Source: Candidatus Acidiferrales bacterium (GTDB lineage: Bacteria; Acidobacteriota; Terriglobia; Acidiferrales; UBA7541). Taken from it: a stretch of DNA of 64,000 bases. The stretch is from contig JBAWGF010000080.1 in assembly GCA_049592615.1 (NCBI GenBank), forward strand, positions 1,206 through 65,205, read 5' to 3'. Each line of letters starts with the position of its first letter. Within the stretch, counting starts at the first letter, position 1. The notes under the pieces are model-generated. The model had not been told where the DNA came from, did not search any database, and saw nothing but the letters and a program-made list of their open reading frames with translations. This document shows positions 1 through 9,140 of the stretch, in pieces. A program made the position numbers and the translations under genes.

Positions 1-85
1 GTGCATGTGCCTGCCAGGCCGCGCTGACCACGACCAGCACAACAAGTCTTGTCAATGCGCTCGTCCCGCGAACGTTTAGCTGCAT
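1..85 (-). CDS. 5' end of a secreted-protein gene that runs off the left edge (partial)
   Basis: The reverse strand reads AGGAG-N6-ATG, then MQLNVRGTSALTRLVVLVVVSAAWQAHA. This is signal-peptide-like (basic n-region, hydrophobic core, AxA). The frame is open to the window edge. Confidence 0.4.
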   Translation of the reverse strand, partial: MQLNVRGTSALTRLVVLVVVSAAWQAHA

Positions 86-244
86 TGGTTTCTCCTGAGA
101 TAGGGTTCTGTCGTTATACCACCGGAAGGCCGAGCCATGCTCATGCTAGAAACTTGTCGTTGGACCATACGACTGAGTCCCGATTTGTCGGCTAAACGGA
201 CATCATCGTACCGGAATCCACTTGTCCGGTAACCTCTGCGTTAA

Positions 245-1006
245 TCAGGCATGTGCACGAAATGTGGAGAGTTTGAGCCAGTCTGCGAAACGTGTTTCGC
301 CAAGCCGCGCCCCCTCGTCCGGAACCAGTGAGCGCTCGCTCAGTTCTGAGCCGAAGTAGCGTGCGTGCGGATCGGTAACAACCTCACGCGGATCGTTGCT
401 CGCCCTTAGATTCTGTCGGATGAGTTCGTCGAAGCGGAACACTTCGGGTCCCGCCACTTCTACCGTGCCCTTCAAAGGCGAATCCAAAGCGACTCGGCTC
501 ACTGCACTGGCAACATCCGCACCCGCCATGGGCTGGAAGAGCACCGGTGCCAGGCGCACCTGCTTGCCCTTTGTCGCCTCATCGGCGATGCCCCCCACGA
601 ACTCGAAGAATTGCGTGGCTCGAACAATTGTGAAAGGGACGGGCGATTCTTTAATGAGTTTCTCCTGAGCGACCTTCGCGCGAAAGTAGCCGTTCTCTGG
701 AAGTCGGTCGGTCCCAACTATGGACAACGCAACGTGATGTCCCACGCCCGCAGCCGCTTCATAGGCGAGGAGGTTACGGGTTGATGTCTCGAAGAACTTC
801 AGTACAGCCGAGTCTTCCCACGAGGGAGAGTTCGATACGTCAACGACCACCGACGCACCCTTCAGCGCTTCGGCCAGCCCCTTGCCAGTAAGGGTGTTAA
901 CGCCCGATTTCGGTGACGCCGCAACTGCCTCATGGCTCTGCTCACCGAACCTCTTTACGAGCTTTGACCCGATGAGCCCACTACCACCAATGACTACGAT
1001 TTTCAT
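245..1006 (-). CDS. NAD(P)-binding NmrA/atypical-SDR family oxidoreductase
   Basis: 253-aa ORF with an N-terminal Rossmann motif MKIVVIGGSGLIGSKLV (GxxGxxG). Length and layout are typical of NmrA-like SDRs. Confidence 0.75.
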   Translation of the reverse strand: MKIVVIGGSGLIGSKLVKRFGEQSHEAVAASPKSGVNTLTGKGLAEALKGASVVVDVSNSPSWEDSAVLKFFETSTRNLLAYEAAAGVGHHVALSIVGTDRLPENGYFRAKVAQEKLIKESPVPFTIVRATQFFEFVGGIADEATKGKQVRLAPVLFQPMAGADVASAVSRVALDSPLKGTVEVAGPEVFRFDELIRQNLRASNDPREVVTDPHARYFGSELSERSLVPDEGARLGETRFADWLKLSTFRAHA

Positions 1007-1129
1007 AATTCACCCCTCTTTTTCGACCGCTACTCAGTTTGCATTCACGACTTCATGATTTCGAGGATGTCGGGGTTCACCGCGTCCACAAGGAGTAGGC
1101 GAACTGGGTGGGCTGGTTGATACTTTAAT

Positions 1130-1225
1130 TTTCAAATTATTCCGAGTCAAGTCCCGATGAGTCGTGATGCCGGTATAGAAATACTCCGCGTCCTGGTCGC
1201 TCTGCAAAATGCAGAGGTATTTCAC
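1130..1225 (-). pseudogene. GIY-YIG nuclease-family remnant (N-terminal ~30 codons only)
   Basis: The reverse frame reads VKYLCILQSDQDAEYFYTGITTHRDLTRNNLK. From memory this resembles the YVYILxS...FYTGxTxDLxxRLxxHN core of small GIY-YIG proteins. Similarity is lost afterwards and the segment is locally AT-rich. Confidence 0.35.
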
Positions 1226-1261
1226 GGAGAGGTCCGCCTCCGCAAAAAAGCTCCGGCGCGA

Positions 1262-1357
1262 CAGCCTTCGCTCGCTGATTTCCTTGGCCTGCCGAGCCGT
1301 AGCTCGCCGATTTTGAAGGTACGCCCGGTGCTATGTCAACTTGGCGAGCGAAGGCTG
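1262..1357. repeat. Perfect 14-bp inverted repeat (CAGCCTTCGCTCGC / GCGAGCGAAGGCTG) with a 68-nt spacer
   Basis: The arms are at 1262-1275 and 1344-1357. The right arm overlaps the last 2 nt of the tRNA-Arg 3' CCA. On the minus strand the structure is followed, 12 nt later, by TTTTTT (1244-1249). Confidence 0.7.
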
Positions 1358-1432
1358 GTGGGCCTGGGGAGAGTCGAACTCCCGACAAACGGTTTAGGAA
1401 ACCGCTGCTCTATCCATCTGAGCTACAGGCCC
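1356..1432 (-). tRNA. tRNA-Arg (anticodon CCU), CCA encoded
   Basis: The reverse complement is GGGCCTGTAGCTCAGATGGATAGAGCAGCGGTTTCCTAAACCGTTTGTCGGGAGTTCGACTCTCCCCAGGCCCACCA. It has a 7-bp acceptor stem GGGCCTG/CAGGCCC, a D-loop AGCTCAGATGGATAGAGC, an anticodon loop TTCCTAA and a T-arm GGGAGTTCGACTCTCCC. Confidence 0.93.
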
Positions 1433-1532
1433 GCTGGAAAAACTCTGCTGGCGACTAGAGTAACACAGGCAACCAGGGCCTATCCTGCGAGGCAACATTG
1501 CTGCGCTATGGCATAATAACAAGGCAGATGAA

Positions 1533-1564
1533 GGCGGCGGAGGGGTGAGAGCCGCCGTTTTTTT
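1533..1564 (+). terminator. Rho-independent terminator-like hairpin with no upstream plus-strand gene
   Basis: GGCGGC-ggaggggtgaga-GCCGCC followed by GTTTTTTT. It ends 10 nt before the GTG of the radical SAM ORF. Confidence 0.55.
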
Positions 1565-1573
1565 GCAGGCATT

Positions 1574-2611
1574 GTGACAGCCCGTAAGAAAATTCGCAGG
1601 AAGTTGCTTGCGATGCATCGCAAGCTCCGGGAAATCCGGATGATCGCGAAGGGGCTCGCCTCGACGCGCCATCCGCTCCTCGTGCATATCATTCCCATCC
1701 GGCGCTGCAATCTGGCATGCACGTATTGCAACGAATTCGACGACTTCTCAAAGCCGGTGCCGACCGAGGAGATGTTCCGCCGGATTGACCGACTGGGCGC
1801 GATGGGGACCGCCATCATTACGATCAGCGGCGGCGAGCCGTTGCTGCATCCCGACCTCGACGCCATCATCACACGCATTCGCAAGAATGGGATTATGGCG
1901 GGCCTGATCACGAACGGTTATCTGCTGACGGAGGAACGGATCGGGCGGCTCAACGAGGCGGGACTCGAATACCTGCAAATCAGCATTGATAACGCGATGC
2001 CCGATGAAGTCTCGAAGAAGAGCCTGAAAGTGCTCGACAAGAAGCTCGAACTCCTCGCTGAACATGCGGAATTCCACGTGAACATCAATTCGGTCCTGGG
2101 AAGCGGCATTCACAATCCGGAGGATGCGCTGGCCGTCGCGCATCGCGCCATCGGGCTGGGTTTCACATCCACGGTGGGCATTCTGCATGACGGGAACGGC
2201 CAGCTTCAGCCACTCGGGCAGCGCGAACGGGAAATATTCGAAGAAATCATGTCGCTGGGAAAGAGTTCGTTCACTAGAGTAAATCAATTCCAGCACAACA
2301 TCGCTGCGGGGCAGGAAAACAACTGGCGATGCCGCGCCGGCTCACGATACCTGTACATATGTGAAGACGGCCTGGTGCACTATTGCTCGCAACAGAGGGG
2401 CTACCCGGGCGTCCCGCTCGAGAAATACACGGACGAGCAGCGCCACCGCGAACTTTACACGAAGAAGGCTTGCGCCCCCCGCTGTACCGTTTCCTGCGTC
2501 CACCAGATTTCCATTGTCGATTTTTGGCGCGCCCCCCAGACGATCGAATCGAACTCCTCTCCTTCTCCCGACTCGCTCGTTCAGCTCTCCGGCTCGACAT
2601 CGCGCGAGTAG
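1574..2611 (+). CDS. Radical SAM enzyme with a Cys-rich C-terminal (SPASM/twitch-like) region
   Basis: CNLACTYC (CX3CX2C) lies near the N-terminus and GGEPLL follows. C-terminal cysteines are [19 protein letters not shown] and [10 protein letters not shown]. The start is uncertain (GTG 1574 or ATG 1613). Confidence 0.8.
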   Translation: MTARKKIRRKLLAMHRKLREIRMIAKGLASTRHPLLVHIIPIRRCNLACTYCNEFDDFSKPVPTEEMFRRIDRLGAMGTAIITISGGEPLLHPDLDAIITRIRKNGIMAGLITNGYLLTEERIGRLNEAGLEYLQISIDNAMPDEVSKKSLKVLDKKLELLAEHAEFHVNINSVLGSGIHNPEDALAVAHRAIGLGFTSTVGILHDGNGQLQPLGQREREIFEEIMSLGKSSFTRVNQFQHNIAAGQENNWRCRAGSRYLYICEDGLVHYCSQQRGYPGVPLEKYTDEQRHRELYTKKACAPRCTVSCVHQISIVDFWRAPQTIESNSSPSPDSLVQLSGSTSRE

Positions 2612-2886
2612 CGCACATCCCGGCTCCTCGCGACTTCCCCTGTACACTAGATCGTCGATGCGACGCTACAAGAACGGCCGCTGCCCAATTAAGCAAAACG
2701 AATACATGCCGTTAAAGATTTCTATTGCAAAGAGTTAGGGGTTGGATTAGAAGTCGCACGGCATGTTGATCCGGACCCTTGGGGTGCGGGGACGGTCGCT
2801 GTCACCCTAGGTTTTCTTATCAGGGTGGGCGAACGGCCAGGCGGCCGTCAGAATCGATCACAACAAATTCAGGGGAGGGTATAGCG

Positions 2887-5800
2887 ATGCGTCTGCGCAA
2901 CCTGTTTTTCTTCAGTTTGCTGTTTGCCGGACTGTTCCTGGCATTCCCCAATCGGATCGCGGCGCAGACCAATACTGTCAATTTATCCGGAACGGTGCTC
3001 GACCCCCAGGGCCTTGTTGTGGGCGGCGCCAAGATTACCATGCAAAATCTGGCCACAGGGGCCGAGCGCAACGCCAAGAGCGACGGCAATGGCCGGTACG
3101 ATATCGTAGGGCTTCCTCCGGGAAACTATTCAATGACGGTGGAAGCGGAAGGCTTCGCCACGCTGAAGAATCCCGTCCTTAAGCTGACTCTGGGCGTAAT
3201 CGCCGAGTATGACCCTCAGTTGCAATTAAAGACGACCTCGGAAACCGTGAGCGTGACCGCCGCCCCCGATCTGGTGGAAACTGGCAAAACGGATGTATCA
3301 ACATCCATCACGCAGACTCAAATCGACAATCTGCCGATCAACGGCCGGAATTACATCAATTTCACACTCCTGAATTCACAAGCGGGACGCGATGACACGC
3401 CTTCGATCGGCGCAGCACCCACAAGCGGTCTCAACTTCGGCGGGCAGCGCGCGCGTTCCAACGAAGTGTCGGTGGACGGCGCGGATGCCGTGGATAATTC
3501 CGTGAACGGCGTGCGTGCGACAGTTTCGCAGGAAGCGGTGCAGGAATTCCAGGTCATCACGAGCAACTACATGCCGGAGTATGGCCGGGCAATGGGCGGC
3601 GTCGTCAATATCGTCACGAAATCCGGATCAAACGAGGTGCATGGAAACTTGTTCGGGTTCTTGCGCGACAGCGCGATTCAGGCGCGAAACCCATTCTCCG
3701 TGCAGGTCGTCCCGAATGCGACGACTGGCTTTGAGGCCGAACCGGTGAAGCAGTCCTACACGCGCGTGCAGGGCGGCGCAACGATCGGCGGACCCATTCA
3801 GAGAGACAAGACTTTCTTCTTTTTCGCGTACGAAATCACGCGGCGGCAGGAGACCGGTTTTTCGAGCATCGGGCAAAACAATTTCGGTCTTGTAAACACG
3901 CCGTTTGCCGCGGGCGGACCAGCCTGCGGACAGCCGAGCGGCTTACTCACGCCGCAGCAGGCCGCGTATGTCACAGGGACAGGGGATGTGGCGTATTACT
4001 GCCTTGCCGCGGCAACGTCGGCCACCGCGCTTTTCGGAAATACGCCGGGGTTCCCGGTCAATACTTTCCCCAACATATTCGGTCTTGCACCGGCAGCTAC
4101 TCTGCCAACGTCCTACGTTGGATTGGCCTCGATTGTCGGGAATTTCCCGACCTCGGAGGGAACAAGCCTGTACTCGTTGAAGCTCGACCACATCTGGAAT
4201 TCAAAGAACAGCTCGTTTGTCCGCGCGAACGTATCTCCCTCGACCATCAACGGAATCGAGGTGAATGCAGAAAACCAGAACTTCGGCCAGAACGCCGGAT
4301 CGCGGACTTCCACGCAACAGACGCGCGATCTTGCCGTCGTTGGGCAGCACACAACCGCTATCGGCAGCAACATGTTCAATGAATTCCGATTCCAGTTTGC
4401 CCGCCGAGGCCTGCACTACGGCTTCTCCGATCTTCCCGGCGGCGACCAGACGGCAGTGAACATCACCGGGTTTGCGTTCTTCGGACGCGAGCCCTTCTCA
4501 ACCGAAGACCGAACCGAAAAGCGCTACGAATGGACCGACAATTTCACGTGGTCGAAGGGAACACACACGTTCAAGTTCGGCGTGGACGTGAACTACCTCA
4601 AACTAACGTCTTCCAAGAGTCAGATTTTTACTTTGAACTACGGCGGCGTCTATTCCTTCGGCAGCGTTGACGCAGGAACGTTCGGGTTCGCCGGCGCGCC
4701 TGCGCTCACAGCCGTTCAGGCGTACGGCCTCGGGTTCCCGGCGTCCTTTATTCAGGGAATCGGACAGTCGAATCGCCCGTTCGATAACAAGACGTTTGGA
4801 GCCTTCGCGCAGGATAGCTGGAAGATCAACCGGAACTTCACCTTGAATTACGGGGTGCGCTACGACATTGAAAAGTTGCCGAGTTTCCCCGCCGGGAGCG
4901 CGGTGAATGCGGCCGCGGAACAGGCGTTTGGCGTAATCCAGGGGGTTCCGACGGATTCCAACAACTGGGCGCCCCGGATCGGCATTGCGTGGGACCCGTG
5001 GGGGAATGGCAAGACCGTCATCCGCGCGGGGTATGGATTCTTCTATGACCACCCGGCGCTCGCACTTGCATTCCTTGCAAACGCGTTTGACGGCGACGTC
5101 TCGACGCTGTTGGAAGCAGGCCCGGGCGCTCCGTCCCGAGTAAACGTTGACGATCCAACGCAATTCACGGCGCTGAACGCTGCGACTGTATTTCAGGGCG
5201 TATTGACGAGCACGGTGGTGGGTGGAAACGTAGTGGGGATAACGGGCTGTTCCACTGCGACCCCACAAATGTGCTACCTCCCGAATCAACAGCGGTTCAA
5301 TGCGCTTCAGCCCAACTCTCTTTTCAACAATCAAAGTTTTCTTACTGTAAACGGCGGGTTCGGTTTCCCTCTCCCCTTCTTGCCGTTTACGATTCCCGTG
5401 GCAAAGAATTTTCAATACGCTCTGGCACAACAGGCAAACGTGACGATTGAAAGGGAGCTGACGAAGGATTGGAAGTTCAGCGTGGGATACAACTTCACGC
5501 ATGGCACGCATCTCGACCGGACGATCAATACGAACGTCACGAATCCCGGAATGCTGGTGAACAACGCCAACAACGCGATTCTTGCCGGTTTTGACGCACC
5601 CGGGACAAACCCGCTAGCCATCTCTTTGCCCGCATCGAGTGCCTGCCAATCGCTGGGGGGGAATCCGTTTTTCGGAAGTTACTCGTCAACGCCGATTCTT
5701 GCCGTCCTGTTCCCCGCAGGTAATTCCACTTGCTCTGTTGCGCCTGCAGGATTCGTCGGCTCGCCCGCCGTGTTCAATTTCTTCCGACCCGGAGGGCCCA

Positions 5801-6738
5801 ATCCATCGTTTGCCGGGCTTGTCGGTGGGTACCCGGCACTCGTCGCTGTCGCTGGGTCAGCCGGGTTCCCCACGGGCATTTCGAACGCACAGGGACCCGT
5901 CCCCATACCGTGGAGCGACGTGGACCCACAGACTTCGTCCGGAAATTCCATTTACAATGCATTCACGCTGACGGTGACGAAGCGCTTCGCGAACAATTTC
6001 GAAATGCTTTCCAGCTGGACGTACTCCCACACGATTGACGATTCGACCGATCTCTCAACGCTCTTGAATCCGCAGGACAACAGCAACCCCAACGGCGACC
6101 GCGGCAATTCGGATTTTGACCAGAGGCACCGATGGATTACCAGCGCCGTCTTCATGAGCCCGTATCACAAACACGACGAGGGCTTCTGGAGGAAGTTCCT
6201 GGCGGATTTCACGGTAGCGCCCATCATCGAGGTCGCTTCCGGGCGTCCCTACAACGTGCTGATTGGCTCGAACACGAACCTTGACTTTGGCACCGCGACA
6301 AACCGGCCTTCGGTGCAGCTCGCGGGGGCGGCGCAACCGCCGGAGATCAATCCGGGCGTCTTCCAGCCCGTCACGTCGCCCTTTATCAAAGGAGTGCAAT
6401 TTATCGTCCCGACGAGTTGCGTTAACAGCGATGGATCGAGTTTCGGGCCGGTGCCGTTTGCACTATCGCCACCGTTCGGCTGCGTGGGAGATCTCGGCAG
6501 GAACGCTTTTACGCGTCCCGGGTTTTTCCAGGTTGACCTGCGCATCGAGCGCAAGTTCACGGTCACCGAGCGCGTGAACCTGCAAATCATCGCCGACGGT
6601 TTCAACATACTGAACCGGTTCAACGTGAGCGATGTGAGTCCTCTCTGCGACCCGACTTCCGGGGCTTGCAATGCCGGGCAGCCGACGGCGTCGTATGACC
6701 CGCGCACGTTCCAGTTCGCGGTGAAAGTCAGCTTCTAG
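2887..6738 (+). CDS. Large TonB-dependent outer-membrane receptor with an N-terminal carboxypeptidase-regulatory-like domain
   Basis: Signal peptide MRLRNLFFFSLLFAGLFLAFPNRIAAQ; CarboxypepD_reg-like LSGTVLDPQGLVVGGAKITMQN...GRYDIVGLPPGNY; plug-like DNLPINGRNYINF...VSVDGADA. The long beta-barrel ends in F. ATG 2887 is chosen over the ORF-track start because the signal peptide begins there. Confidence 0.85.
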   Translation: MRLRNLFFFSLLFAGLFLAFPNRIAAQTNTVNLSGTVLDPQGLVVGGAKITMQNLATGAERNAKSDGNGRYDIVGLPPGNYSMTVEAEGFATLKNPVLKLTLGVIAEYDPQLQLKTTSETVSVTAAPDLVETGKTDVSTSITQTQIDNLPINGRNYINFTLLNSQAGRDDTPSIGAAPTSGLNFGGQRARSNEVSVDGADAVDNSVNGVRATVSQEAVQEFQVITSNYMPEYGRAMGGVVNIVTKSGSNEVHGNLFGFLRDSAIQARNPFSVQVVPNATTGFEAEPVKQSYTRVQGGATIGGPIQRDKTFFFFAYEITRRQETGFSSIGQNNFGLVNTPFAAGGPACGQPSGLLTPQQAAYVTGTGDVAYYCLAAATSATALFGNTPGFPVNTFPNIFGLAPAATLPTSYVGLASIVGNFPTSEGTSLYSLKLDHIWNSKNSSFVRANVSPSTINGIEVNAENQNFGQNAGSRTSTQQTRDLAVVGQHTTAIGSNMFNEFRFQFARRGLHYGFSDLPGGDQTAVNITGFAFFGREPFSTEDRTEKRYEWTDNFTWSKGTHTFKFGVDVNYLKLTSSKSQIFTLNYGGVYSFGSVDAGTFGFAGAPALTAVQAYGLGFPASFIQGIGQSNRPFDNKTFGAFAQDSWKINRNFTLNYGVRYDIEKLPSFPAGSAVNAAAEQAFGVIQGVPTDSNNWAPRIGIAWDPWGNGKTVIRAGYGFFYDHPALALAFLANAFDGDVSTLLEAGPGAPSRVNVDDPTQFTALNAATVFQGVLTSTVVGGNVVGITGCSTATPQMCYLPNQQRFNALQPNSLFNNQSFLTVNGGFGFPLPFLPFTIPVAKNFQYALAQQANVTIERELTKDWKFSVGYNFTHGTHLDRTINTNVTNPGMLVNNANNAILAGFDAPGTNPLAISLPASSACQSLGGNPFFGSYSSTPILAVLFPAGNSTCSVAPAGFVGSPAVFNFFRPGGPNPSFAGLVGGYPALVAVAGSAGFPTGISNAQGPVPIPWSDVDPQTSSGNSIYNAFTLTVTKRFANNFEMLSSWTYSHTIDDSTDLSTLLNPQDNSNPNGDRGNSDFDQRHRWITSAVFMSPYHKHDEGFWRKFLADFTVAPIIEVASGRPYNVLIGSNTNLDFGTATNRPSVQLAGAAQPPEINPGVFQPVTSPFIKGVQFIVPTSCVNSDGSSFGPVPFALSPPFGCVGDLGRNAFTRPGFFQVDLRIERKFTVTERVNLQIIADGFNILNRFNVSDVSPLCDPTSGACNAGQPTASYDPRTFQFAVKVSF

Positions 6739-6758
6739 CTATCTCTCTGATTCTTCGT

Positions 6759-6801
6759 GGGGAGCCCCAGGGCTTCGAGCGCCGGGGTTCCTCTTTTTTT
6801 T
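6759..6801 (+). terminator. Rho-independent terminator of the TonB-dependent receptor gene
   Basis: An imperfect GC-rich hairpin GGGGAGCCCCAGGGC-ttcga-GCGCCGGGGTTCC is followed by TCTTTTTTTT, about 20 nt after the stop codon. Confidence 0.75.
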
Positions 6802-6906
6802 GAGGTGCGATTCTTCGACGCAAAACGTCTTCTCCCCGCTTGCGGTTCGCGCTAGAGTGTTCGGAAGGGTCTTTGAGCCAGTGCGAAACGGAGAGGCAAA
6901 TCACGT

Positions 6907-7995
6907 ATGAGTCCGGCTGTGTGGTTCACCATCGGAATTGCCGCAATCGTCCTACTCGCAGTGATTGTGTGGTCCACCAGCCGAACCGCGAATGCGCGCA
7001 TTCACGCTGTACAACAGGAGATGCAGAACTCCTTCGCAGCCCAGGGCCAGTCCGTGGCGACGCAAATCAATCATCTGGCGCAGTCAGTGACGCAGCAGCT
7101 CGGACAAGTTCGCCAGGAACTGCAAAGCGGGGTCGCCGACTCCGGGAAACTGGCTGCCAACGCGCAGCGTGACGTATCGCAACAATTGCAATCCGCCACC
7201 GAAGCGGTACGGCAGATCAGCCAGCAGCTAGGCGCTGTCCAAAAGGCAGGAGACGACTTGACGAAAGCGTCTCAGAGTCTCCAGCAAGTGCTGGGCGGCG
7301 TGAAATCCCGCGGGACTCTGGGTGAGATCGGACTGGAACGAATGCTGGAGGATGCACTACCGCAAGGGAGCTATGAGATTCAATACCGCTTCTCAACCGG
7401 CGATGTTGTTGACGCCGTTGTGCGCAGCGGCGAAAGGCTTGTGTCAGTTGACTCCAAGTTTCCTCTCGAGTCCTATCGGCGGCTCATGGAGACAGGCGAA
7501 GATGCACGGAAGGAATTCGCGCAGGCGGTTCGCAAGCACGCCGATTCCATCGCGGCAAAATACATCCGGCCGTCGGAGCATACGCTCGATATTGCTCTAA
7601 TGTTTGTTCCTTCGGAGACGGTTTACTACGAATTGTTGATGACCGAAGACCCCAAGAATGGCCGGCTCGATGCCTACTGCCGGAGTAAAGCGATTATTCC
7701 CGTGTCGCCTAACACTCTCTACGCATATCTGAGCGCCATCCTGATGGGACTCCGAGGAATGCAGATCGAAGAAAATGCGCGGCGGCTGCTCGGGAATCTG
7801 GCGGGACTCAACAAGCAGCTTGAATCCGTCTCCGAAGTGTATGACAAGCTCGGCACGCATCTCCGTCACGCGCAGCAGAGCTACGAAGATGCAGATAGCC
7901 GCCTCAACAAGGCGCGAAATTCTCTCGAGCAGATGTCGCAGGGCGCGCTCCCGGAAGCGCCGCCGAAAGCGCTTGAAACCGCGTCCGGCGAATAA
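6907..7995 (+). CDS. rmuC: DNA recombination protein RmuC
   Basis: N-terminal TM helix, then a long Q-rich coiled coil, then a C-terminal region (KSRGTLGEIGLERMLEDALP...MFVPSETVYYE...PNTLYAYL) that matches my memory of RmuC. Confidence 0.8.
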   Translation: MSPAVWFTIGIAAIVLLAVIVWSTSRTANARIHAVQQEMQNSFAAQGQSVATQINHLAQSVTQQLGQVRQELQSGVADSGKLAANAQRDVSQQLQSATEAVRQISQQLGAVQKAGDDLTKASQSLQQVLGGVKSRGTLGEIGLERMLEDALPQGSYEIQYRFSTGDVVDAVVRSGERLVSVDSKFPLESYRRLMETGEDARKEFAQAVRKHADSIAAKYIRPSEHTLDIALMFVPSETVYYELLMTEDPKNGRLDAYCRSKAIIPVSPNTLYAYLSAILMGLRGMQIEENARRLLGNLAGLNKQLESVSEVYDKLGTHLRHAQQSYEDADSRLNKARNSLEQMSQGALPEAPPKALETASGE

Positions 7996-8048
7996 TTTCC
8001 TTCCCTTCGTTCATCACGGATTCATGCAGATAATCGTTCTTGTCGCGG

Positions 8049-9140
8049 CTAGAGTGCGGCGCGGGCGGCTTCGAGGAGAGTGCGGAAATCGCCGGCAATC
8101 GTGACAACGAGAATTCGGTCAAGGTCACGCCGGATTCTTGAAACGTCACGCGGATGGTGCGCGAGCCGTCCGGCGAGATTTCTTACGGAGCGCTGAAAAT
8201 CCCTTCCTGCCAGGGGCGCTGCTGCTTCGAGGTATCGGCGAGCGGTATCCGGGTCGGGCAGAGGAATCAGCTGCCCGCGGAAAGAGAAATCTCCAGAGCG
8301 AATTGCCCGGACCTCAATGGAGGCGGAATTCTGAGCCCCACCGCTTGTTCGGACCTCCTGCGAATCGCCGCGCAAGAATCGAAGCACTCCGGGAGACTCA
8401 TTCTCCACAATAATAGCCAACGGCTTCTCGAAGCCTTGCGCGCGGACCACGAGCCTGCTCTTTTTCTCAGGAACCAGCGGTGGAACGGGCGGCTCAAATT
8501 CCAGCGAGACAACCGTTGTTGCCGCCATCCATTGCGCTTCGGGTGTATCAATTGAAATTTTCGCCGGTCCGGGCTTTGTCCTGGGTCCCGGGAGGACGAC
8601 CAGGCATTCCGGTGAAGCCGCCAGGACAAGCGCTCGGTCGCCATTGATTCGAGCGCGGTTTGCATCCGCATCGCCGCGGAATTCCGCTCCACAAATCGAA
8701 AACCGATCCGATTGAGAGATCACCGGCGCGATTGCAACACCCTGTTGAGTGCGGACTGGGGCAGCCGGATCAACAAGCGCTGCTGCCGACGCACCGGAAG
8801 CCTTCGCCAGCAGGACTCCGGCTTCAGAAGGCGCCGAGAAAAACGCGCGGCCCGTGGAGTCGGTTTTTACTCGCTGATCTTTTCCCAAGTCAACCGTGAC
8901 ACCGGGTGCAAGCCGCCCGTCCGCACCGAGGACCGCGAGCGTTGCCGGTTGACCTGCGACGACTCTGGGAGGGAGCACGACTGAAACAGACCAGTTCGCG
9001 GAGGTGGAGGTTTGTCCGATTGCGGGAGCTGCGAAGGCGCCCAGAACCAAGACTCCTGAAATCAGGCCTTGCAAGGCGGCAGCGAATGCGCGCCTCGAAC
9101 GGCTGTTCGCAGGTGAGACTGCCTGGTGGTGGAAAATCAT
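8049..9140 (-). CDS. Secreted hypothetical protein, beta-rich (Ig-like repeats possible)
   Basis: 363-aa ORF with a signal-like segment LISGVLVLGAFAAPAIGQ. Its start overlaps the HD-GYP gene stop as ATGA (9137-9140). I recognise no motif. Confidence 0.6.
   Translation of the reverse strand: MIFHHQAVSPANSRSRRAFAAALQGLISGVLVLGAFAAPAIGQTSTSANWSVSVVLPPRVVAGQPATLAVLGADGRLAPGVTVDLGKDQRVKTDSTGRAFFSAPSEAGVLLAKASGASAAALVDPAAPVRTQQGVAIAPVISQSDRFSICGAEFRGDADANRARINGDRALVLAASPECLVVLPGPRTKPGPAKISIDTPEAQWMAATTVVSLEFEPPVPPLVPEKKSRLVVRAQGFEKPLAIIVENESPGVLRFLRGDSQEVRTSGGAQNSASIEVRAIRSGDFSFRGQLIPLPDPDTARRYLEAAAPLAGRDFQRSVRNLAGRLAHHPRDVSRIRRDLDRILVVTIAGDFRTLLEAARAAL

Noticed and set aside
209-232. 7-bp inverted repeat TACCGGA-N10-TCCGGTA just downstream of the SDR gene stop.
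   Set aside because: The stem is short and has no U-tract on the relevant strand, so it is not convincing as a terminator or as an operator.
2658-2738. 26-aa ORF (MRRYKNGRCPIKQNEYMPLKISIAKS) just downstream of the radical SAM gene, considered as a RiPP precursor peptide.
   Set aside because: It has no Shine-Dalgarno sequence and only one Cys, and no leader/core organisation is recognisable. The AT-rich stretch is more simply the promoter region of the TonB-dependent receptor gene. It is worth a look only if the radical SAM family turns out to be peptide-modifying.
2743-2758. TGGATTAGAAGTCGCA, a GG-N10-GC match upstream of the first TonB-dependent receptor gene.
   Set aside because: Only the invariant dinucleotides match, and both flanking consensus positions are poor (TGGATT and TCGCA). 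It lies ~130 nt from the start codon. Matches of this quality are expected by chance.
2779-2886. N-terminal extensions in the ORF track. Examples are 2779 for the receptor, 11254 for the cyclase, 14413 for the rhomboid, 29546 for the binding protein, 43642 for cheY, 44677 for the pseudo-kinase, 54521 for cheA, 57672 for cheY and 59459 for the second receptor.
   Set aside because: The extensions are low-complexity, overlap neighbouring genes or promoters, and precede obvious signal peptides, an RBS plus start codon, or 4-nt coupled starts. The downstream starts were used instead.
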